Shown in pieces: positions 38,908 to 52,650 of a stretch of 64,000 nucleotides of DNA. This DNA is from Octopus bimaculoides (lineage: Eukaryota), in contig NC_068982.1 of the NCBI RefSeq assembly GCF_001194135.2, forward strand, positions 97,765,404 to 97,829,403, given 5' to 3'. Position 1 is the stretch's first letter. Each line of letters begins with the position of its first letter. Both the position numbers and the translations under genes were made by a program. The notes beneath the pieces were generated by a model. That model was not told the DNA's origin and did no database searches. It worked only from the letters and a program-made list of their open reading frames with translations.

Positions 38908-39199
38908 ATAGGTATGTGTGTATGGATAGATGGATGGATGGATGGATGGGTAGAGAGATAGATTACACTTAGCAGAATAAGGAGATTTGGGTGCACTGAA
39001 GAGGTCTAATAAACCCGGAATATTCCTACTGCTTTCAGCAATTGCTTTAAAGATTAAATCCTGTCTCATATACTTATCTTTAATTTGCAAAAAGTTCAAC
39101 AAAGTGATTTTACTAAAGTTTCCTTCTTTCTTCGTTCGTTTTTAAATTTTAAACACACCTTGAGTGGGGTTTTGTTTTTGTTTCCTAATTTTTTAAACT

Positions 39200-39420
39200 T
39201 TTATCTTTTATTTTTTTTAGTCATTAGATTGCGGCCATGCTGGATCACAGTCTCGAAAATTTTTTTAGATCGACCGCAGTACTTAATTTTGTTTGCTATG
39301 CCTGGTACTTATTCTATAGGTGTCTTTTGCCAAACCGCTAAGTTACAGGGACGTAAACATACCGACACTGGTTGTTAAGCAGTGGTGCGAAACAAACACA
39401 GACACAAACACTCACACATG
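39200..39420 (-). mobile_element. Diverged SINE family A 3' half
   Basis: agtcattagattgcggccatgctgg..ttttgccaaaccgctaagttacagggacgtaaac matches 36340-36530 in reverse. Confidence 0.65.
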
Positions 39421-40634
39421 TATGTATGATGTATGTATGATGTATGTATGTATGTATATTTGTGTATATATGTATGTATATTAAATATAGTGACACTGAT
39501 TACGAATATCAATTCGCCAGTTGGCTGAAAGATCAGATCCTCTCTTATAATCTTTCTATATTTTCCCCAAAATATTTCATTCACTAACTTTTCGATTTAT
39601 CTCCCTTGTTTATTGTGTTTAAGATTTAAGAGCTCATAGAAGGAGTACTTGTGTACTAATTAATTAGTACTTGTGTACTAATTATACTAATTACAATCTT
39701 AGTTAACAGACGACTTTTTTTTTGAAACCGTAGGCAATGAGTATTTATTATGTAGAAAGTTTCCTTAGTCGTATCATTGTTATCATTAATATAATGCACT
39801 TAATATCATTTTTTAGTAGGATTGCTTTGAATTTATAGCAACATACGATTTTACTGTTGTTGCTATTGTTGCTGTGGTTATTGTTGTTGCTGTTGGTGTT
39901 GCTGATGTTGTTTTTGTTGTTTAGCCTCAGAACAAGCCAAAAGGATTTCCAGCCATGAGCATATCGTCTGTTATTTCGGACGTAGTATATCGAAACTATA
40001 ATATCCAATAATGAGTCCATACCTAAAAAAAGAAAAAAAAAATTTAACTCCTTTGTGGTTTTGAAGATATCTAACTGCTATTTCAGACTATTAATGTGAC
40101 CACGTAAAGTCTGCCTCGTTTACGTATGTAATTGACAGAATAATATTATTAATGGAGTTTTGAATGTCTTATTATTTAAAACAATATCAGTTTGTGTATA
40201 ACATTTTAAGATAAACTGGTTTATCATAGGTAACAATACGTAAACTTCAGGTTTGAAGTAAACAATAGAAAACAACGTTGCATGTAAGAAAATGACTCCT
40301 GCAGTTGTCTTTGATTAATTATGGCATTGGTAAATGTTAGTTTTCGTAGCACGATTCTCTTTCATGAAAGCAAATGAAATTGTTCGTATGTAAAATCTAA
40401 AAGGATAGCATTTACTAGAATTCGTGAGAACACACATGCATATATATGACAGTGTGTGTGAGTATGTGCATGCATGTATATATGCATATACATATATTCA
40501 TAAATAAATATATGCATACACACGCGCACACATGCATATATNNNNNNNNNNNNNNNNNNNNNNNNNNNNNNNNNNNNNNNNNNNNNNNNNNNNNNNNNNN
40601 NNNNNNNNNNNNNNNNNNNNNNNNNNNNNNNNNN

Positions 40635-40707
<73 letters not shown>

Positions 40708-43459
40708 AATATGTGTGTATACGTATATACACACATGTACACATATATGCATATACATATATTCATAAATAAATATATGCATACACACGCGCACACATGC
40801 ATATATGTATATATATATATGCATGCGTGTGTGTATGTATGTGTCTGCATGCGTGCGTGCATGCATGTGTGTGTGCGTATGTCTCATGAATTAAATACCT
40901 AACACCATTCGAAGAAAGTTAGAAGTATGAAGAATACAAGTTTTCCAAAGAACTGAATATTTGTCGAAATTTACTTCGCAAAAGCATAAAAAAATTTGAA
41001 TGGACGATGGCATATACAGAATGGACGATGGCATAAACAAGAACTTGTTAATTGATAATGTAACTAAGAGATTAAAAAAAAAAATAACAACATGAAAAGT
41101 TACAATGACATCAACGAAGAAGCTAAGTTTATTGCGAAAAAGAAAACTTAAGTTATGCAATGGAATGGAATGTTTAAACGAAACAGACATTACGAATAAA
41201 ACTAGACGTATATTAAGAAATCCAGTTAAGTTATAAATGGGCTTAATGAGCAAAAGTACTAAGGAATATAAACAATATTTGGGAGAGAAATGTGCTCCAG
41301 CAGGGGGCTTTCAACAACACAGTTCTCAATTCTTTCAGAGATGTTAGAAATACAGTAACACCTCACTTTATGAGGAACCGCCTTGCGAGACCCCAGATTT
41401 ACGAGTTTTATTTTTCAAGCACAATTTCCCAATTTTGAACGAAGTGCAAAACTTTCTACTATCATGACAAATGCTTCTGTGTGTTACTGAGAAATTTATA
41501 AAGAGCGAAAATAAGTGACTTCTAAGCAAACTACTCTAGACTTTTTTTTTAAAGAAATCTACAAGTCTGTCTACGAGTGCTTGGGAATCAGCAATCGCAT
41601 CTACAAGTGATGACGTGCGCGAGTCTAGAGTGAGTGAGTGGATACATCACCATTGATGAATCGGGTACTGAGGCAATCACCTGCAACTAAATAAAACCTT
41701 ACACTTTGATAAGAATCGCCTTGTGCCAAGAAATGTGAACTTACGCACCTATTTGATGTTTCGGTGAGCTTTTATAACAGCACCGACCTTGACAATTTAG
41801 TCGGCCTGTACATATCTTTTATCTTTAACTTTTATCCATGACGGGACACCACAAAATATAGCGGTATCAATTTTGTCAGTATTGATACAACCCTGTACAG
41901 TAATTTCTTACTTCTCCCCACATTCACAAATGCACGTGCGCTGGAGAGTAACGGCAACAACAAATACACACAGGAAAGAAGAAGCAATTTAGCTTCAATC
42001 GCCAATGAAGTACATCTCAAAATTGTCATCATCGTTACATGTAACAACATCCACTTATAATTTGCAGAACTATACACGAATGTCTTCATGAAATAAGACT
42101 TGCATACAGTTCTACCGATTACATCGGGGCTATTTTTCAAAATGCCTCATCTCCGGCGCGCAAAATTCCGGAAACAATTCCGCAGAAAATAATTCACTGC
42201 AGTATATGTTGCCGGCTGGAGAACATAACTATTTAAATTATTATTTATATAGATAGAGTGATAAATTAAATATTAATTCAATTTAAAACCAAGTGGCCTA
42301 GCATATAAAAAAATTTGAAAATTCAGAAAAAATTNNNNNNNNNNNNNNNNNNNNNNNNNNNNNNNNNNNNNNNNNNNNNNNNNNNNNNNNNNNNNNNNNN
42401 NNNNNNNNNNNNNNNNNNNNNNNNNNNNNNNNNNNNNNNNNNNNNNNNNNNNNNNNNNNNNNNNNNNNNNNNNNNNNNNNNNNNNNNNNNNNNNNNNNNN
42501 NNNNNNNNNNNNNNNNNNNNNNNNNNNNNNNNNNNNNNNNNNNNNNNNNNNNNNNNNNNNNNNNNNNNNNNNNNNNNNNNNNNNNNNNNNNNNNNNNNNN
42601 NNNNNNNNNNNNNNNNNNNNNNNNNNNNNNNNNNNNNNNNNNNNNNNNNNNNNNNNNNNNNNNNNNNNNNNNNNNNNNNNNNNNNNNNNNNNNNNNNNNN
42701 NNNNNNNNNNNNNNNNNNNNNNNNNNNNNNNNNNNNNNNNNNNNNNNNNNNNNNNNNNNNNNNNNNNNNNNNNNNNNNNNNNNNNNNNNNNNNNNNNNNN
42801 NNNNNNNNNNNNNNNNNNNNNNNNNNNNNNNNNNNNNNNNNNNNNNNNNNNNNNNNNNNNNNNNNNNNNNNNNNNNNNNNNNNNNNNNNNNNNNNNNNNN
42901 NNNNNNNNNNNNNNNNNNNNNNNNNNNNNNNNNNNNNNNNNNNNNNNNNNNNNNNNNNNNNNNNNNNNNNNNNNNNNNNNNNNNNNNNNNNNNNNNNNNN
43001 NNNNNNNNNNNNNNNNNNNNNNNNNNNNNNNNNNNNNNNNNNNNNNNNNNNNNNNNNNNNNNNNNNNNNNNNNNNNNNNNNNNNNNNNNNNNNNNNNTAC
43101 ATGTTTCGGTTGCTTATAAACCTTATCAAAAATATGTGCTTAAATGAAATATATAGAGAAGAAAGATTATTAATAAAATAAACTTTCATAGTGTACTTTT
43201 CTTTTTCCTGTAAGAACACGTGATAATTTCCATTAATTTTCGTAGCATTGCTAGTAGTAATTTCAGCTGTTGTCTGTGATGTTAATTAAGTAGTGTGGTC
43301 AAAATTGTTTTCAAATGGAGTGGCCGTAGTAGCCAAATAAGCAGTAGTAGCAATTATAGTCATCATAAAATTATCTCCCCTGAGGTCTTCACAGAAATGG
43401 ATTTATTTAATCTTTTATCTTTATTTCTTATGAATAATATACATATAGTTTCAGTGTTC

Positions 43460-44800
43460 CCACTTTAAAGAAGTTAAACTCAGTCGATACTTTCTTATGA
43501 AATGTATTTCCTTGCTAATGCGTTCATTTTGGCTAGCACTGTTTTTGAATTTGTATAATGGAAAAGTTGTGAATTTGGGATATTTATTGGATGCACATCT
43601 GTCTATGTGTTGGCTGACAGATATTTTCCTGTATTCCGGAATTCTAATTTGGGATTGTGCGCCGCCATCCTCTGACGTAGGCTGTTTCTTATTTTTTTGT
43701 GCGTCCAATATATTGCCGTTTGCATCCCGAGCATGTAATTAAGTAAATCAAATTCTCCGATACACATGTAAAGTTAGTTTTTATGGTAAAATTTTGGCCT
43801 TGTTCCAATCGGTATTCTGATCCTTCTATTATGTTGATACAGATCCCACAGTTGGGCCTCCTGCACCTTTTTACTGTTGGCTTTGTGGTTATTGTTGAGT
43901 GTAATTTAGCCTGGGTTAAAATCCTCTTCATTGATTTTGGCTGTCTCTTACTTTTGATGACGGAGTGTGTTTGGAGGATTTGATTCATCTTTGAGTCCCT
44001 CTTGGGTAGAGTTGTGCTATGGAGTATAGTGTTGAAGGCCTCATTGTTATGTGGGTTGTGTGTGGAGACATAAGGCAGGGTTTTCAATTTTTCTTGCTTC
44101 TTGTGTATTGGTTGTCTAAGTTCTTGTGTATTGAATTTAAAGACTCGTTGGATCGTATTGTCGATTAAAGGTTGTGGGTAATTCCTATTGATGAGTGTAG
44201 TTTTTAGTTCTTGGAGTCGTGTGTAACGGATGTTTGTGTCTGATAATATTGTGCATATTTTCTTGGCTAAACTAAAGGGGATATTCATCCTGATGTGTCT
44301 CGGGTGGCAAGAATTAAAAGGCAGGTACTGTTTCGAGTCCGTAGGTTTGTAATAGATATCTGTCTCTATCTTGTTCCCGACTTTCTTAAAAAGCATATCT
44401 AAAAACGGTAGTTGATCCTGGTTATACTCTATCGGAAATTGGAGGTTTTCATTTATTCCATTTAGAAGTGTTTTGAATTCATTAAGTTTTTCTACACTTT
44501 CATTCCAGAGGATGAAGCACCATCGAGATATCTTTTCCAGTTGTTTTGAATGTAGGTTGAAAAGGTGTTTCCATATTTCTCGAGCGTTTTCTGGTATAGT
44601 TTGATTTCGAGATAGACCATTACCAGGTTCGCAAAAGAAGATGCATTCCGTGTTCCCATTACTGTCCCTGATTTTTTATGAAGTAGGTCATTATTAAATA
44701 TGAAATAATTGTTCTCTAGGATAAATCTTAGTCCTTCTATTATGAGTTCTTTTTCGGGAAGTGCGTACTTTAAACTTGTTACACAAAAAGTACGAAAAAC
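43460..44800 (-). mobile_element. Penelope-like element (RT C-terminal half plus GIY-YIG endonuclease)
   Basis: FILENNYF..GTVMGTRNASSFANLVM..WKRYLD, FLDMLF..TDIYYKPTD..HP, and CRRPNCGIC..ENLIYLITCSGCKRQYIGRT; a few frameshifts. Confidence 0.9.
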
Positions 44801-44899
44801 TACACGTGCAAAACAATTTGACAACAGAAATGAACTGACCGGTACCCTATGAAAATGATGACCGTCAAAATAAAGGGCCGGACGTTGTTCCTCATGTCC

Positions 44900-45448
44900 C
44901 GCAAATAATACCAAAAAGGCATAAACAGACACGCGAGGAATATATTTCAATCCTACACGCTTATTTTACAGCAGTGCTCTACCCAAAGAACGAAAACTCA
45001 ACAACATATACATATAAAATATGGAAGAAACATAACATAAATAAAGACTTGGATACAGCAATGGACCCTAATAAACTAGCTAACATTCGAAGATATATTC
45101 TCAAAGCCAAAAAAAAAAGATATCAGAAATAGAAATAGAACAATTAAAAGGAAAAATACACCAGGAATCTAAAAACAGAAACAATTCCTACCATAGTAGG
45201 CGCATTAGATATGATAAAAAAAAATATTCAGACAAATACATCACAAAAACAACAGGACTTACAAATATATATAACATACAGAAAATTGCACTACTGGGCA
45301 CTGTACACATCCTACGCAAAACACTTTCAATACAGTAACCATAAGAGTATCACAGCAAACCACAGCACATACCCAAGGCGCACAGAGCTGCGCTCGGTAG
45401 TGAAATGAAAGCACGTTATAAAAATAAAACTACTGAATAATAATAATG
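44900..45448 (+). mobile_element. Internally deleted R4-clade LINE derivative (ORF start fused to RLE end)
   Basis: QTREEYISILHAYF..KIWKKH..NKLANIRRYILK..EIEIEQLK joined at about 45164-45170 to NLKTETIPTIVGAL..QKIALLGTVHILRKTLSIQ*, then a 3'UTR and (AAT)n tail. Confidence 0.6.
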
Positions 45449-47785
45449 ATGTGTTTGTGTTGTGCGCTAAAAGAAGCGCATTGAACTAGTTTGATTTCCG
45501 CTTAATCTTTTCGAAATCAGCTCATTCTCATAAGAAAGAAGAAACAGAAAAGACACATGCACTTTATATATTTTGCTCTCTTTCTCACAGTATCAGCGAG
45601 ATATTCTGTCAAAATATCGGTTGATTTTCCGTATTCCTCCATTTGTTTTTCGGAAAAATTTTAATCAAAGAAGGAACAATAATTTAAAAGCATAACAAAA
45701 AGGATGCTGATGATAATTGTAGAATTGTAAAATCTTAAGAAAATTTAAAGCAGGATTTTCAAATTTTTCTCGGGTGAATTTAATGGCAAGTCAGCAAAAT
45801 TTAAAAACGCTTAGCGCTGAACAAAGTACTAAAACAGACTAAGAGTCAGCAGATGGATTGGGTATACAGTTTAATTTGATTTACGAGATTAATTTGTTAA
45901 AATAACACGAGAATAAAACTGGAATAAAAAATATATATATAATGGAACGTTTCGAATTGCAACTATCAATCAAACGGGTTTAAATATGATGTGCTGACAA
46001 GGAAATAACTAGAATCTTACGTCGTTTAAAACGATAATGCTACTATTGGCAAGAATCACTTTCTCATTGCCTTTTACGCCTTCTCTGTCTATGAAAATCT
46101 TCAAGTGAAAATCCTCAAAAATATTTTAAAATGACTAGAATGTTATTGGATTTTGCGATGAATTACTGTGAAAATCAAATTAAAACGAATGCATGTTAAG
46201 AATTAATGACAAATGCACTTAGGATGTGAGATTGCTTTGGATGAGATAACACTATTTCGTAATATGTAATCAGAAAGATTTTGATACTCATTAACTGCAT
46301 CCGTAATCATCCTCATAAGATCCATCGCTCAATTATTATATAAATTTGGAATAAGATGATGGCTTGAATTTGGTCTAATTGCCTAATTTTCTTGTTCCTA
46401 TTTACATCGGACAAAAATCCAAGTTGGGCTAACTATTAATCGACAATGAACGTTCAGATGAATTTACTTGCACTTTTGCTGACCTATTTTTAAGAATAAA
46501 AAGGGACTGAAACAAGATTTAATCTGTTAATTTGACAGATGGAATTCGCAGACCTCATTTAGTGAAATCGGTAACACGATCACCTGGCAAACAGTAGATG
46601 TGTGATTTGACACCCGTGAACGGTTCTGTTCTTTTTTCAGTGTCTTAGGCTGTATTTGTAAATGTCTTAAATATAATTCATATTAAAAGAAAAAACGAAA
46701 AAGAACCGTTACAGCTAATTAATATTAATTTTCTGAGGTTTGCTTCTCATCATAAATCGTTGAATAATTAAAAGAAATCCCGCGAGTTTGAAGTTACGCA
46801 ACTACAATTGACTGAAGCAATAGTCGAAAGGCCGGAAGTTCATTTTCGTGACCAGCTGTGTTAATTTCAGACAAAGATTAAGTTGAATCAGTATGTAATA
46901 TATGACTGGTCAACATAGTATACGCAGTTTATTTTCAATTGAAATAAAATTATTCTTTTCTGAATGTGTTTGGGACTCTAATTGCAAATATACCTTCAGT
47001 TTTTCTTTAGTATGTCTAGGTTTTTTAAAAATATAAAAACTTTCTTCTGAAATTTATTTGTATTTAAGATATACTAAATAATCTTTGAAACGGAAATTGT
47101 CTACTTCTTAAGCAGCACAGCGTAGAGTTGACTGATAAATTCCTATATAATTAACTTTAATTTTATTTTTATATCATTTATTCAATTAAATACATCTGTA
47201 ATTTAAGAATATATATTATATGTTTTTTAAGGTGCTATGAATATGATTTTCTTTTGTAAACTTGGTCAGGGTGATCATATATAATATTCAACAGGAGTTA
47301 CCAATTATTCCTTCCTTGCTCCTCACATACTACACCAAGATTTTCTGGAAAGAAATCTAGATGAGAATGCAAGAAATATAATTTTAACGACGTTAGACTG
47401 GCCATGCCTTTACAGATATTAAAAAGGTTCTCACCTCTATATTATTCGACAGAATGATTTTGCTAACCATTTAAAAGTCCGTCAAGCATTTTAATTCCAG
47501 TGTGTTGAAGGTGATTTTCAAATTTAATATCTTCCATAATCTACTTCATTTGCAGCGCCACTAAAATTCCCTCCTTTAATTTTGCATTACTCAGATTTAG
47601 GATTATTTTTAGAAATGCATTGAAATGCTCTTAGACTGAATCCACCCACTACTTCAACAAAATTACTAACTGTACCAAATATCTTCTTTAGGTTAGCTCA
47701 AATTACAAATTGGACACTAGTCTTTCTTGAAATATATATTGATTATAGTGACCAGACACGTATCGCTATTCTATAGATATAATGT

Positions 47786-48492
47786 ACAAAAGTATTTTGT
47801 AATCAGCATACCAGTAACTTTGAGATTTCCACAAATATTCTCTTGATAAACTAATGTTCTATGGTGTCATACAATATATCCATAAGATAAGAGTGAGTGG
47901 CCAATGAGGGCGCATGACTTTACTTTCCTTTATGCAGTAGCATTACTGGCAAATTTTGTGAATAAACGAAAAGGTGCAAGTCAGTATATGTATCTATGAC
48001 AAGATTTTTTAAAGTTTCATTGGTGTCATTACAATAACAGAATGGAACATCTACTGTAAAGCTTATTAGTAAGGTAAAATTTGCTAAGTAAATTGCCTTC
48101 CATCTGCGTGAAAGCGGAAAGCTCTGCATTCTCTTTAGACAGTCTTTCACAATACCATTCAAATGTTGATGAGTAAATAATCTTAACCAATTGCACTTCA
48201 TCACTGTCCATTTCATTGTCTATGGAGCTAGTCCCTCATTTACGAAAAAGGGAAACCCGGTATTGCTTCATTATGTTGAACTGATGGGTTACAGGTTTAG
48301 ATAAACCCAGTTACGTTAACAGTACAAAAATAGCAGTCAGTAAGAACTCTTTGCTCTCTATATATCATGAATATTGCATCAGTCTTTTCCACCCACTATT
48401 CCTGGTCGTATGGTTGTGGTACAGTCTTCAGACACCTCCTCCATAGGATCCTATCGAAAGCAACTGGTATGCTAATTACAAAATACTTTTGT
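47786..48492. repeat. 30-bp inverted repeat pair (29/30) about 650 bp apart
   Basis: ACAAAAGTATTTTGTAATCAGCATACCAGT (47786-47815) versus the reverse complement of 48463-48492, ACAAAAGTATTTTGTAATTAGCATACCAGT. Confidence 0.75.
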
Positions 48493-50764
48493 TCCTTATG
48501 TCTTCTGTTGGAAAGATTTGAAGAATCCATTTTGCGATTCTTTCTTGCTACATTCTAATCGTAATTATGAAAAAAGAAAACGAACAAGCATTGACTAATT
48601 TCAAAAATCATTGGTACTATTGAAAATCCAAAAGATAGTTCTGAAATCAATATCAAGAATATTTTCTGGTCCATCCAAAATAACTTCTAATGAAAATCTT
48701 TTGTTGACTTATGTAAGAAGTGGAGTTCATTTTGATCCAGTAAGAGATTCAGTTTTTGAAAACTGCTTCATATTCATTGCTTATTTCATTATGAGTTCTC
48801 AAAAATTAATGACAGCTGTAAAGTAAAATTACTTTTTGCTATTGAATATGATCACTATGGTAATTAACAAAATATTCACGGGACTTCAAACTATACGAGA
48901 GTGAACTATCTACAGTCCTTCCTATTCAGCAGTAGCGGCACAAAAGTGTATAAAAGTTGTTACGATAAACAAAGTTAAGAAGACATCAGGCGATGTTAAA
49001 ACTTGCTTTAATATTGTCAATCGTGATTGACAAGCCCATTAAAGAAAAATTAGCTTAAATGCTTAATAGTCTTCAACCATCAAAGTATGCAGATCTTTCT
49101 ACCTGAATATTAACAAGACTGAACAGCGAGCAAGTAAGAGAGCGCAACCAGTATCTCTCTACTAAATGTAGATGTAATTAGATTTGAGAAATCATTATGG
49201 AATAGCTCTGGGCAGAAATATTAATGAAATTAGCTCTAGGATAGACAGCATTAGCATAGGGATCTGAAAGTTTGTTTATAAATATGAATATGAGATATGA
49301 TTTATACAGATTGTCAAATCAAAACGGCTACACTTCTAATAAGATATTCTAATTACATTTAAATTTAATTAAATATTTAATGATGCAATCAGCGATAATT
49401 ACAGAAGAGACGATGTCGAATTTGCAATCTTAAAGGAAAAGAGAATCGTATGAAAACGCATGTGTATAAATATAAATATGCGTATGTAGATTTGCATGTT
49501 TATGTATGAGCGTATCAGTATATGTATATATAAATTGGTGTGTGTGTGTGTGTGTGTGTGTTCGTGTAGGTCAAACATCAGTTGTCTCCTTTTTGCGCTT
49601 TTTTCTGTTGATGATCAGTTATCAGCTCCTTCTCTTGGGCTAATTATGCGAAACCTGGGTGTAGATTCAATCACGGCACATAAATATCGCAACACACTTT
49701 ACCGACTTCGACCAAACGCATGAAAGCGTGTGTGTGTGTGTGTGCTTGCGATTGTATGTATATATATATATATATATATATACATATACATAATACATAT
49801 ATCTATCTGTCAATCTATCTATCTTTCTATCTCTCTCCCCCTTTCTCCCTCCCTCTCCCCCTTTCTCCCTCCCTCTCCCCTCACTCTTGTATACATATAA
49901 AACTACTCTAGTTTTATCTTTTTATCAAGATTGCCCCATAGTTTCTTATCAGTAAAGTTCCTAAACCCATCATTAATATTTGTTGACGTTCATACCCTCA
50001 TCGTCAAGATGAAGTGATGTTGTCGTGTGCCGCTGCTTCTTAAAAGAAGGTAGCCCATGTCAATATGACTGGTGTACATATTGCTGCCAGAATTCGAAAT
50101 TTTAATTTATACATCATCAATGAAGTATTTATTTTTGCCTGAGAGTAGTATATGTTGTCTGTATGCTTATTTTAGCATTCTTTTGTGCTATGAATATTGA
50201 TTCCTTCATAAATTATATATTTTTTAGGGTAATTCTAAAAATTATACATGTGTTGTCTACTAATGTTTTTTGTATTTTTTTGTTGTAGTGCATTGCAATG
50301 GAGTCTTGTTGTAAGTGCATGATGAGCCGGCTGGTGATACAAAATGCATTATATCTAACCATATATTCGAACATTGACAATATGCTGCAAAAGTACTGAA
50401 ATTAAGAACCTGTTTTTTTTTATCTGTAGCACATCAGAATCATGCAAAACCTGCAATCAAGCAAACAAAGAACAACGTTATATATGAATACGACTGCAAA
50501 TTTAAAAGTTGTAAACTTCACGTCTTGAACTCTTATATTAACCACACTTTCCTGCGGACTTATCATGCACATGCAATAAGTAGCAAAACGACTGCACTGT
50601 ACTACGTCATACAACACAAAATATAAGAAAATCCGAAAATGAAAACATTAGTGCACAACACATCGATACATTAAAATAGTTGCTTTGGAGATTCTATGGC
50701 GATAAACAAATACTCAAAGCAAAACTTAAAATAAGCCATATATGATTTAAAAGCTAATGATAAT

Positions 50765-51700
50765 ATATAAAAATGACAAAAGCCAATATAATCATAATCA
50801 TGGATAAATACGTATATATTGCTAAAATAAACAAATTATTCGGCAACACAAAGGAATTTATTAATGATTTCGCCACACTAAAACTTGAATTGAATTTATT
50901 AACTATGGTGATAGACGATAAACGCAGAAATACAAGCCTCTATTTCACCTACTCTGAAGAAGAATTCACCCCCCGCACATATCTACGAAGTTGTAAAAAT
51001 ACACAAACGAAACGACTACCTCAGGCTCAGAATATTTCAAATAAACATAGTAACAGAAAAGATCGCTAAACAGTTAGATAATACTATCAAACATATACAT
51101 ACAGAAAGAGATAGTATCCAAAGAGCTCCTGAAGAAATCAACATTCCTGCCTTAGAAGTATGAAGTCTGTTTACCAACGTTACAGCAGTAAAAGTAAAAT
51201 CGTGTATAAAAACAACCAAAAACAAACCACCGGATACCCACTAACACACTGAGGAAATTATTAGTCTTGTATAATAGAAATGCCCACAAGATAAATTATT
51301 TATGCACAATGACGAAGTCGTCACAGGTTCTCCTTCAGGATCTATGGTCGCGACATCTATGGCCGTACATAGCCACAATGGAAAGAAAATGGCATCAGTA
51401 CAAGACATTCAATATACTCATCGCTATGGACACACCGGAAGATGTCGAGAAATTGAAGAAAACCCTACAAATACTCCGTAATAAAATTCAACATTTAGAA
51501 CAGTAGAACAGCAGAAATACAATTCCCAGCAATACAATGACACAATTTCTAGACATAAACATTCTGATATAAAATAATAGATAAATCACGTCCATTAATA
51601 TCAAATACACATATAATTGCATCTAGATATATGGAGACAGCAAATGTCCACGCTGATGCAAACAATCATTTAGATTTTAGATACCAAATACATTGTAGAT
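50765..51700 (+). mobile_element. Old Penelope-like RT remnant
   Basis: KANIIIIMDK, HIYEVVKIHK, KIAKQL, LEV*SLFTNV, GSPSG and FLDI appear in the Penelope RT motif order, with many lesions. Confidence 0.55.
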
Positions 51701-52014
51701 ATAAAATGTCATTTAGAAGAACATTTAGATTTTTCTCATTAATCGAAGCCTCAGATAAAGAAAAAGCAGAATAAAGACTATTCTAATCAACATCGAGTAT
51801 TCTACCAAATTAATACACCAAGTCACTAAACAATACAGGAAGAAATACAATGCAACTAATAAATCAGACACTCTACCTACACAGACCACCCATAATATGT
51901 ATTAAATAAATCAAATGCTCACTAACTGTAGAATAGCTGTATATATATTATCAAAAGTTGCATGAAACAGAACACAAAATGCATTAAAACCAAAATATGA
52001 ATTTTGATATATAT

Positions 52015-52047
<33 letters not shown>

Positions 52048-52428
52048 ATTCACCAGTTGGCTGATAGATCAGATGTATGTATGTATGTATAATATGTCAT
52101 ATTATCTATTATTGCAAATCGGTAGTTGTATGCTTCACGACTCCAATTATTATTTGGGACATACAAGTGCAATACTCTTCTACTGGATCACTATGCACCT
52201 ACAGCAAAAGGCAATTGCAATGCACTGTAACATACAACGTAAAGCAAAACAAAATCGTCAATGGACAGCACATCTATATTATACAGAATTCATCATAAAA
52301 ATGGATGATCAATGACAGATGCAATAACCATAACTCAGCTTAATGCTAGAATAAAACGCAAGCAAAGTATACAAACTATAATGACGTAGAAATTTAATGG
52401 TTAAATTTCAAATTCCGGTGGTAATGTC

Positions 52429-52650
52429 CAGTGTTTCTCAACTGCAGATTTTGTTGTTAAAATTTATCTCCAATAAATTCGTTATACATTTACAATACAC
52501 AAAATATTTTAATAAGTTTTATACAATTCCTACTATTTGATTACAAAGATATAATAGGAATGTTTAAACATGGAGTGATGGTGAGAGTACATCATAGTAT
52601 AATCAAAGACTAAAAGAGGTCCATAGGTAAAAACTAGTTGAGAAACATTG
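52429..52650. mobile_element. hAT-type MITE, about 220 bp
   Basis: TIRs CAGTGTTTCTCAACT and (reverse complement) CAATGTTTCTCAACT; no intact 8-bp TSD visible. Confidence 0.6.

Noticed and set aside
40484-40806. ~58-bp direct repeat flanking a gap
   Set aside because: Probably an assembly artefact or simple-repeat duplication; cannot be resolved without long reads.
41351-41410. pogo/Tigger-like TIR (TACAGTAACACCTC)
   Set aside because: No matching second TIR found.
46539-46570. Candidate small exon (gacag..gtaaca) reading WNSQT in one frame
   Set aside because: The phase is incompatible with the phase-0 donor at 38225 and there is no full WD40 motif.
47295-47425. Faint F-box-like peptide QDFLERNLDENARNIILTTLDW
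   Set aside because: It lacks the LP motif, ends in a stop, and lies downstream of the WD40 exons.
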